A stretch of DNA of 64,000 bases from Octopus sinensis. Lineage: Eukaryota. Positions 25,494 through 35,029 of the stretch are shown piece by piece. Location of the stretch: NCBI RefSeq assembly GCF_006345805.1, contig NC_043012.1:21638001-21702000 (forward strand), in the 5' to 3' direction. The notes under the pieces were generated by a model that saw only the letters and a list, made by a program, of their open reading frames with translations, was not told where the DNA came from and made no database searches. The position numbers were made by a program, and so were the translations under genes. Each line of letters opens with the position of its first letter. Position 1 is the stretch's first letter.

Positions 25494-25496
<3 letters not shown>
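25119..25496 (+). mobile_element. tRNA-headed SINE family B
   Basis: GGAGGCGCAATGGCCCAGTGG...GGTTTCGATTCC head; flanked by (TA)n on both sides. Confidence 0.88.
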
Positions 25497-25574
<78 letters not shown>

Positions 25575-25665
25575 CACATATACATCCATATGCATAGAAA
25601 TACATGTATACATATATAGCTATACATATACATGTATATATATACATCATATATATATATATGTA

Positions 25666-25704
<39 letters not shown>

Positions 25705-25732
25705 TCTCTTTCTCTCTCTATATATATATATA

Positions 25733-25810
<78 letters not shown>

Positions 25811-25829
25811 CATATACATTTAAATTTAA

Positions 25830-26229
25830 ATTTAAAATATAAGGGTGAAAATGAATATTAATTTGATTAATATCAATTTAAAACCAGTGGTGTAGCATAT
25901 TGAAAAGTCTGAAGTTTCAGAAAAAATTATATTACGTACATATAAGAGGGATATTCACTTTCAGTTCATGCCGCTTATATAATAGTTTCACTATCAAAGT
26001 GAAAGCATTTGACATTACAATAGAGAGATGTTTTTGTTTCACTTTTGACACGTAATACTGAAAGGGTAGAGAAGATATGATATTGCTGTGGGCTCGCCCT
26101 AGGCAAGAAATTAAATTGCCCATGACACTACATGGACCCTAAGTAAGGCATGTATAAAATTTGAACGAAATTCGTTGTGTAGTTCTCAAGTCTTAGGGAT
26201 TCACACAGACAGACAGACACACATTCTCA

Positions 26230-26265
<36 letters not shown>

Positions 26266-26523
26266 CATATATTTCTCTATATATAAAACTGAGAATGTGT
26301 GTCTGTCTGTCTGTGTGTTTCCCTAAAACTTGAGAACTACACAACCGATTTCATTCAAATTTTACACATGCCTTACTTAGGGTCCATGTAGTTTCATGGG
26401 CAAAAAAAAGATGTTCAACTTCTCGCCTAGAGCGAGCCCATAGGAATATCATATCTTCTCCACTATTTCAGTATTACGTGTTAAAACTGAAACAAAAACA
26501 TTTCTCTATTTTATGTCAGGTAC
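25830..26523. mobile_element. Two HINE-like 3' ends tail-to-tail around (TA)n
   Basis: Diverged + copy ends at about 26245; the - copy at 26268-26523 is essentially identical to 24680-24935. Confidence 0.8.
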
Positions 26524-26768
26524 AGAACGTCATGAAACGTGTACAACAAAAAGAGTACGTAGCACGAGTACATGGAACATAAACTATTCTTTCGAACGAC
26601 GAAAGACACAAATGGAAAACAATACAGCCAACAACTGATGAAGGGCCGTTGTTTATGTTGTTTGTTTTGTTTTCCATTTGTGTCTTTCGTTGTTCGAAAG
26701 AATAGTTTATGTTCCATGTACTCGCGCTACGTACTTTTTTGTTGTACACGTTTCATGACGTCCTGTAC
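26520..26768. repeat. Fold-back palindrome, about 100-bp arms
   Basis: GTACAGAACGTCATGAAACG...GGAAAACAA pairs with TTGTTTTCC...CATGACGTCCTGTAC; the loop contains CTGATGAAGGG. Confidence 0.9.
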
Positions 26769-26899
26769 CCACGTATGCTATATATATTATATATATATAA
26801 TATATACGTATAGATGTATGCACATATACTTATGTATATGTGCATATATATATATTATATTATATTATATGTTTGAACACCACGCATCCTCTATATATG

Positions 26900-26932
<33 letters not shown>

Positions 26933-26966
26933 ATATATAGAGGAGAGAGAGAGGAGAGAGAGAGAG

Positions 26967-27233
26967 AGAGTGGTTGTATACTGTCAACTTAACGTGACAG
27001 TCCCGTAAGGGAATTACACCACTGCTATTTAGCTCTAGGAAGCATCGACGCTTCCTATCGGCCTTGACACATTTCCTCTGTCCATATATATTTACGAAGG
27101 GGAGACAAACACTCCCAACAGCTAGGCCTGCATCTAGAGACATGCATGTTTCTGGGTCTTGCCCATCATCAATAGCGGTGGTGTAATTCCCTTACGGGAC
27201 TGTCACGTTAAGTTGACAGTATACAACCACTCT
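26967..27233. mobile_element. Hammerhead-bearing repeat with a 63-bp inverted terminal duplication
   Basis: Arms 26967-27029 and 27171-27233 differ at one position. Minus strand reads TGATGA TGGG-CAAGA-CCCA GAAA CATGCATG TC^TCTAG. Confidence 0.85.
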
Positions 27234-27418
27234 ATCGCTCCACCACCGCACATATCTCTATGAGATATTTAGAAATTTAATATTTCTGATTTATATATAT
27301 ATATATATATAATATACAAACGCCCATATGCGTACATATACTCATAGAGTTATATACACAGTTATAAGAAAATATGGAGATTAGTTACCGTTCAGTTCAA
27401 AAGCTTTGTATATATATA

Positions 27419-27628
27419 CATTTCTTTATTGCCCACAAGGAGCTAAACATAAAGGGGACAAACAAAGAAAGAAAAAGGGATTAAGTCGTAACTGGAACTT
27501 TATTTATCGACCCCGAAAGGATGAAGGGCAAAGTTGACCTCGGTGGAATTTGAACTCAGAATGTAACGGCAGACGAAATACGGTTAGGCATTTCGCCCCA
27601 CGTGCTAACGATTCTGCCAGCTCGCCGC
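27419..27628 (-). mobile_element. SINE family A
   Basis: Reverse complement of the 942-1152 element. Confidence 0.85.
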
Positions 27629-27807
27629 ACAATATATATACGTATGTATGTATATTTGCACGTAATATAATATAAGAGTTACTTCCCTTTGTTATTTATT
27701 TTCGTTATTTTCTATTTGACATGAGTTGCTCCCCTTGAATTTATGTTTATTATATCTTATTTAATTACTTGATATATTTGTTTTACAATTATATGTTTTA
27801 TATATAA

Positions 27808-28712
27808 CTAGCAGTATCGCCCGGCGTTGCTCGGATTTGTTTCGACCCTTTAGAATTGGAATTTTTGAAAAGTAAAAATTTTACATAATGTAGCTTGTTA
27901 TTCTCTTTAAGTGAACATTTTTCTGTTTGAAATACACCGAAAAATGGCGGCACAGCAGTAAAAAAAATCGTTAAAAATAGGGATTTTTATAGAAAAAAAT
28001 TACCTTTTCGGTGTAAATAATTTTTGGTCTTAAAATGGTTCGATTTAAATTTTTTGTTCTACGGAATGAAGAGCAAGCCTTTTTCTATCATACTCTCAAT
28101 TTTGGTCAACTTGCGCCGCAGGGTCTCGGAGGAGATAGTGTTAGTTGAAGGCTACCAAACCTGCCACACATAGACAACTTTAGCTTTATATATATATAGA
28201 TTAAGAGCACTTCCCGTTCGATTTTTGAGGCGATTCGGTCTGCAAAATAATTCTCTCATTTTGAATTATTTTTTGACACCATTTTCAACAGAGAACTCCT
28301 TAAAAAGGCACACTCAAAACTGCTAGAATTTGCATTGTTCAAGCTAGAGAATTCAAACTTGCTCCAAAGGATTCAAGAAATTTTTCTACGTGTATGCTCA
28401 TATTTTGTTTTTCGAAAAACTCGAAAATTGAACGTGTTTTCGCCCCATTTTTCCGTTGCATTCGCGCAAACACGCGCACAGTCACGCGTAGACCCAACAT
28501 GTTGCTTGAACACAACTCAACTCACTCGCAGAAAATGCATTATTTCGGGCTTTTGTTATCGAGATAGAGACTTGAAACCTACTCTGGCCGTAACTACACC
28601 ACGCCTTCTATAGGTGTGTAAATTTTCACCTCGATCCTAGCACGTCTAGTGCCATTGAATCCTTACCAAAGCCAAAGTGTGCAAGTTTTTTCCTCTTTTA
28701 TATAGGTAGATA
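27808..28712 (+). mobile_element. HINE/Helentron-like element(s), probably two in tandem
   Basis: ACTAGCAGTATCGCCCGGCGTTGCTCGG start; 3'-type ends TTTATATATATATAGAT at about 28200 and TATATAGGTAGAT at about 28712; the same start motif occurs at 63193. Confidence 0.6.
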
Positions 28713-29014
28713 ATATAATATAATTTTTTTTAAATATATAACTTATAACTAGATCTCAAAAAGTATAAAATGAATGATAAATATATAATATAATAAGTAA
28801 AAACACTATGTACGTTTATACTGTGGAATTTGATTTAATACTAACTTGAAAGTTTCCCTGTAAGTTTGGAGATATACTCCCTAATATTATTATGATACCA
28901 TCATCATCATCATCATCGTCGTCGTTTAACGTCCGCTTTCCATGCTAGCATGGGTTGGACGGTTTGACAGTGGGCTGGCAGACCAGATGGCTGCACCAGG
29001 CTCATATATATATA

Positions 29015-29531
29015 CGGGACGAGGTGGTCAAGTATGACCTTCGTACGTTGAGCCTCACAGAGGCTATGACGGACCCGACAAATGAAGTGAATCCAGGCCT
29101 GCTGTGCTAACCTTGGATCGTAGAGTGACCCGTTGTTCTTGAGGAGACTTATTGAGTCAAGTACGTTAACATCAGCATCAAAACGAAAATCAAATGGAAA
29201 TTGTAGTTAAGATACCCGTGCTGGTGACACGTTAAAAGCACCATCCGAACGCGGCAATTGCCAGCGCCGCCTGACTGGCGTCCGTGTCGGTGACACGTAA
29301 AACCACCAACCCATCACGGCCGTTTGCCAGCCTCATCTGGCCTGTGCCGGTGGCACGTAAAAAGTACCCACTATACTCATGGAGTGGTTGGCATTAGGAA
29401 GGGCATCCAGCTGTAGAAATATTGCCAGATCAGACTGGAGCCTGGTGCAGCCTCCTGGCTTCCCAAACCCCGGTCGAACCGTCCAACCCATGCTAGCATG
29501 GAAAACGGACGTTAAACGATAATGATGATGA

Positions 29532-29535
<4 letters not shown>
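29015..29535 (+). mobile_element. RTE-clade LINE 3' end (ORF end, 3'UTR and (GAT)n tail)
   Basis: DEVVKYDLRTLSLTEAMT, subrepeat-containing UTR, GGAAGGGCATCCAGCTGTAGAAA...GGACGTTAAACGAT tail. Confidence 0.8.
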
Positions 29536-29562
<27 letters not shown>

Positions 29563-29564
29563 AC

Positions 29565-29615
<51 letters not shown>

Positions 29616-29673
29616 TCAAATTTCACAAAATATAATATATATATTTGGTATATATATATATATATTATATATA

Positions 29674-29706
<33 letters not shown>

Positions 29707-29778
29707 CCAAATATATACGTTCTAGATGGTGTAATTTAATTTTTCATTTTGAATTGATAAAAGGTGGGGTTTTTTCTA

Positions 29779-29813
<35 letters not shown>

Positions 29814-29819
29814 AAGTTT

Positions 29820-31170
29820 AAGGGGATATTCATTCTAGTGTGTCTGGGGTGACATGAGTTGAATGGTAGATAATGCTTGGAGTCTGTGGGTTTATAGTAT
29901 GTCTGTTTCTATTTTGTTGTTGGATTTCTTAATGAGGATGTCGAGGAATGGAAGTTGTTGATTGAATGTTTATGTCAAGTCCATTTAGAAGTGCCAAAGA
30001 ATGAAGCAGTCATCCAGATACCTCTTCCAGTTATTTTCTAAATAGAGGGAAAATGGGTTGCCATATTTTTCTAATACCTTACGATAAAGACTGATTTCTA
30101 GATATCCCATGACTAGGTTAGCAAAGGAGGGGGCCATTCTCGTACCCATCACAGTCCCTGATTTTTGGCAATAGAAGTTGTCTTTGAAGATGAAGAAATT
30201 ATTTTCCAAAACGAATTTCAGCTCTTCTATTACGAATTCTTTTTTGATGTGGTGTGGGAGTTCATTGGAGTAATTCTCTGGCCAGAATTGGATTACCTCT
30301 ATTCCTAGGCTGTGGGGGATATTAGAATAAAGGTTGACTACATCGAAGAATACAAGTAGGGTGTTTTTATTTATTATTTCAGGAAGGTGATTGAGCATGT
30401 CTAGGTCATCCCCTATGTAGCTCTTGGTGTGCTTGAGGAATGGTTTTAAGAGGGTGTCTAAAAAGTTACAGAGGCAGTGAGTTTTGCATGTGGGACGTGC
30501 TATTATAGGTCTTAATTTGAGGTCATTAGGAGTAGGTAACTTGATTATGATGTCTGTGGCTCCCCTGCATGTGTTACCTATTTTCTCACTTTTGTGTATC
30601 ATAGGAATACCGTAAAATTGACTGGATTTACTTTTGAAGTTAGCCATATAGTTGTATTCTTCATTGGTGAGCCTTTCTCTGTATAGGTTTAACATAGCTT
30701 TTAGCTTTCTCATTATTTTCTAGTGACTGTAGTGTTGGACCTTTTCATATGTTGTCTTCTAATATGGATAGTACTAGAGTTATATAGTATACTGTGTCCA
30801 TTAAGACAACTCTACTCCTTTTATCAGCCTCTTTGTTATTGTTTTATCATCCTTTAATCTGTTCAGCTCAGCCCATTCTTTTTTGCTGAAGTTTGGTTTG
30901 TGTCTTTGTTTGTGTATATGTTGATATGGGTAATTCATGATGTACTTACAGAAATGGTCAAGAATCTTGTTCATACCTTTTGAAGGGCTGTATACTTCTA
31001 TTTTAGACTAACAATTTGTCCACATTGTATTTGTCATATAGTTCTTTGGCAAGTTGTAATTTTCTATAGAATTCCACAATGTCTTCTTTCATTTCGTTGT
31101 AGTGGGGGGGGTGTAAACTTGAGCCCTTTGGAGAGTATGTTGATATATATATACAAGAAATATTCAAATA
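29820..31170 (-). mobile_element. Penelope-like retroelement ORF (pre-RT and RT), decayed
   Basis: ILSKGLKFTPP, FYGIPMIHKS, LRPIIA, DVVNLYSNIP, SGTVMGTRMAPSFANL, WKRYLDDCF and PFLDI...KPTDSKHYLPFNSCHP motifs; stops and frameshifts at both ends. Confidence 0.92.
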
Positions 31171-31229
31171 AAACTGAATAATGACATACATGCACATATA
31201 TGCATATATATATGTGTGTGTGTGTGTGT

Positions 31230-31276
<47 letters not shown>

Positions 31277-31314
31277 GTGTGTGTAGAAGGTTGAAAAAGG
31301 AACACACAAGTTGA

Positions 31315-31786
31315 TATATATGGAAAAAAGGTCAAGATAGAAAATGCTAAAATAATTTTATAAAAAACATTTCAGTACCATTTTCAGTCATTGAGACTTT
31401 TTCAACTGTAAATATGGAAAGCAATTAAATTTGGGAAAATTAAAAGAAAAGTTTTTAAAAGAATATTTGCATAGTGTTCAAATACAAGTGGCATTTTCCT
31501 TGTTTCTGCCTTTCTCTGTCTCTCTTGTGACATTTTTATTGTTTCTGCCTGTTTCTGTCTCTCTTGTTTACTCAGTAAACAAAAGAGACAGAGAAAGGCA
31601 GAAACAAGGAAAATGCCACTTGTATTTGAACACTATACAAATATTCTTTTAAAAAAACTTTTCTTTTAATTTTTCTAAATTTAATTGCTTTCCATACTTA
31701 CAGTTGAAAATGTCTCAATGACTGAAATCGGTACTGAAATGTTTTTTATAAAATTATTTTAGCATTTTCTATCTTGATTTTTTTCC

Positions 31787-31790
<4 letters not shown>
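31315..31790. repeat. Inverted pLTR pair forming an about 475-bp palindrome
   Basis: Centre GTTTAC-TCA-GTAAAC at about 31567-31581; near-identical arms, each carrying a hammerhead fold (31373-31408 -, 31701-31736 +). Confidence 0.9.
31373..31408 (-). ncRNA. Variant hammerhead fold with U3:A8 core
   Basis: ATTTA-CAG TTGAAAA AGTC-TCAAT-GACT GAAA ATG GTA^CTG-AAAT; the three-copy consensus stem III is ACCGGT. Confidence 0.6.
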
Positions 31791-31824
<34 letters not shown>

Positions 31825-31826
<2 letters not shown>

Positions 31827-32075
31827 CAGATGTACTTGCAAAGCAAGTGACTTGATCTGAGAGTATGTGCTGAAACAAAAACAATTGCAGTGTGGAAGAT
31901 GTTTATAAGCCATTTAAGAACACACATAAAAAAAAGGGTTAGATTCACTTAAACATTTAAATTTAATTTGTGTCAAAATATTTTCTGACACAAATTAAAT
32001 TCAAATGTTGAAGTTAATCTAACGGTTTTTTGTGTGTTCTTAAATGGCTTATAAACATCTTCCACACTGCAATTG

Positions 32076-32080
<5 letters not shown>
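31825..32080. repeat. Fold-back copy of the G3:C8 hammerhead family (arms 31878-31975 and 31986-32080)
   Basis: The spacer AAATATTTTC is the reverse complement of GAAAATATTT; homologous to the uninverted copy at 56880-57075 and a fragment at 40073-40140. Confidence 0.88.
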
Positions 32081-32129
<49 letters not shown>

Positions 32130-32133
<4 letters not shown>

Positions 32134-33200
32134 AAACTCTGCTTGTGAAGACCTCCTGTTGAGGCAAGTGAAATCAAAATAGGAAATCAAATTCGATGAC
32201 TGGCATCCGTGCTAGTGGAGTGCTAAGAGCACCATCCGAGCGTGATCGTTGCCAGAGCAGCTAACTGGCTTCCATGCCGGTGGCATATAAAAAGCACCAT
32301 TCAAGCGTGATTGTTGCCAGTGTTGCCTTACTGGCACTTGTGCTGGTGGCATGTGAAAAAATATTCGAGCGAGATGGTAGCCACTGCCGCTGGACTGGCT
32401 CCTGTGCAGGTGACATATAAAAAATACCATTTGAGCGTGGCTGTTACGTAGACAGGTCTGAACGAAGGGAGATAATAAACGAATGATTCTTTTTCTATTA
32501 TCTCCCCTTGTTCAGACCGGTTCAAGCTTCCGGGCAACATACCCAAGCATATTGTTTTTTGAGTGTTGAGTGCTTTCCATCCAGGTCTTCTCTGAGGTAA
32601 GAGAGCCCAGCTGTTTCGGGACTGTATAGGAGACCGTCAAGAAGAGAGTGTTTCTTAAGGAGTTCACTACCAACTCATTTTTCAGCACTGCATTTATATA
32701 TATTTATTTTTGCTGCTGTTGTTTAGTAGGTGCTACCTGAGTGATCCCTCCTTCCCTCCCTCCCTCCCTCACTCGCTCACTCCCCCTCCCTCCCTCCCTC
32801 CCTCACACACTCACTCACTCACTCACTCGTATGTATATATGTATGTATGAATGAAGTACCCATAAGTAACTGGAAAGGTTCTCTGTGGGACACACCCATT
32901 GTATTCAGGCTTCTGCCACTAGAAACCCACAGGCATCAGTCTGCTGATCGGTGGCATCATTTGAAGTCACACTGCCATGTGGTGCATCTTTGTTTGGCAG
33001 TACTTCTCCCCTCTTCATCGATTGTTGTGGGGCACAGAGCAGAGGCAATTGTTGCTGTACTATTCTGCAAAACTAGCCTGAGCTTAAGTACTCTACCACA
33101 CACCCTGGCTACCTCTACGACCTTATCAACCCATTTCTCAGCAAGAAGTATGCCCACACCATCCACCCCATCCCTACTACCTTCCCAGAAAAGTTTATAC
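32130..33200. mobile_element. RTE LINE fragments: 3'UTR (+, 32130-32440) and APE endonuclease piece (-, about 32870-33200)
   Basis: GVGILLAEKWVDKVVEVARVCGRVLKLRLVL resembles RTE AP-endonuclease; the UTR matches the other RTE tails. Confidence 0.8.
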
Positions 33201-33202
33201 CT

Positions 33203-33432
33203 ATTTCTTTATTACCTACAAGGGACTAAACATAGAGGAGACAAACATAGACAGACATAGGTATTAAGTCGATTATATCGACCCCAGTGCTTAACTGGTA
33301 CTTAATTTATCGACCCCAAAAGGATGAAAGGCAAAGTCGACCTCAGCGGAATTTGAACTCACAACGTAACGGCAGCCGAAATACCGCTAAGCATTTCGCC
33401 CGATGTGCTAAGGATTCTGCTAGCTCGCCGCC
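33203..33432 (-). mobile_element. SINE family A
   Basis: Full reverse-complement copy. Confidence 0.85.
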
Positions 33433-33633
33433 TTATGAAAAGTTTATACCAATGTGCCTTGCCTGCTTCTCTCCACCTTACCTCTTGAATGCAACATGCA
33501 TCAACATGCCTCTATTCAAGCATCTCACCAGACCTACCTTTCAATGTGCCTACACTGACAGTGCCAACTTTGAAAACTTGGAAGGGAATATAGATGGTGG
33601 GGAATGTTATTGATATACATACAATTAAATGTG

Positions 33634-33758
33634 TATTTTTATTGATAACTGGCAGAAGTTACAGAGAGACTCAAGAGCCAAGAGTTTTGTGTCTTGCCTC
33701 TTATCAAACTATTGACCCTTGAGTCACTCTGTAACTTCTGCCAATTATTAATAAAATA
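33634..33758. repeat. Small MITE-like inverted repeat (about 41-bp arms)
   Basis: TATTTTTATTGATAACTGGCAGAAGTTACAGAGAGACTCAAG pairs with CTTGAGTCACTCTGTAACTTCTGCCAATTATTAATAAAATA with few mismatches. Confidence 0.75.
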
Positions 33759-33879
33759 TATTTACTCATGTTTTGCATCACCAAACCTATATTCAAATAA
33801 ATACACACACACACATAAATATATTATTTTGGGAGTTAAAAGTTAGGGCTGGTCATAGAGTGACCTTTGGTTTCACACC

Positions 33880-34592
33880 TATAAAGCACTTACAGTATAG
33901 GCAGCTCAACAGTATCAAATGGCTGAAGGCACAGAACTATACTAGAAACTTGAGGAAGAAATATGTAATGGTCAGTTGGCTTTGTAAACAAAGGAAAGCA
34001 GATATTGACCATCTGTACCTACCTAGAAGTAGTGGGGAAGAAGGATGATGCAATTAGAACTGTGCTATAAGACCTTCACTATAGGGATGAACAGGTACTT
34101 ATCTAGTACAGAGAACTGGATGCTGCAACTTATGTGCAAACATGAAAGTAACAAAAAGTCACATTCTATTGTCGAGGAATCTTATAAATTCCCAAGAGAA
34201 CTTGGCATTAACCCTGAATTGGATGAAGAACCCGAAGCCACTGCTACTAAGCAAGCAGAACAAATCAAGCAGGCTGCAAAAAAGAACAGGCAGAAACAAA
34301 CTGAGGAGCTGTGCAGTCAGAAGCCTCTGCATGGAAGTCAAATTGCTGATGTAGATCAAGGAACAACCCATCAGTGGCTGAGAAGTTCAGGGCTGAAAGC
34401 AGAGACTGAAGGCTTTATATTGTCAGTGCAAGATCAAAGCTTGCTTACCAGAAATCACCAGGCTAACATTCTTCAAAACGGTGCTCAAAAAATAAGGGGT
34501 GTTACCTTAGTTCACTGGTAGTGAACAGCTGGCACCGTAGTGCATCTCCAGCATTAGAAGCTGTGCAAAGACAATAAATAATGATAATAATA
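33880..34592 (+). mobile_element. Dong/R4-type non-LTR fragment with 3'UTR and TAA tail
   Basis: [38 protein letters not shown]; the 3'UTR matches 51385-51480. Confidence 0.8.
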
Positions 34593-35029
34593 TATATTTT
34601 TTTTAATTGTCTACCAATGCCAGGTGGTGAGGGGAGTTGGGCGCCCCCTCACTTATAAAATACCTCAATGGCCTGCACAAGATCTGTCCTTTGACAGTCA
34701 AGCTCAACCCCTTCACCAAACAAACAGGAGGAGAGTTGGAAAAGGTGAGTATCTGGTGCCTTCAAATAACCAATGCTTCGGGTAGGCTGTATTCATTAGC
34801 TTTTGATGGCAAGCAGCCTAGGAGAAGGAACTCTCTGAGTTCAAAACGAGGGGAGCAAGGCCCCTGCTACCTTGGTGGACTACCTTGATAGAGATGGTGT
34901 CTCAATAAAAATACCAGTTGGTAGTAACCTAAAAACATACCTCATTTGTGAGTGAAAATGCCAAGCAAAATAGATGATGATAATGGTGTGAACGGGACTG
35001 GGACCAATGATGAAGGTGCCACATCTAGC

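Noticed and set aside
29985-30713. 242-aa ORF as an active reverse transcriptase or cellular gene
   Set aside because: It is a Penelope RT truncated just after YLDD, with substitutions in conserved motifs and broken flanking frames.
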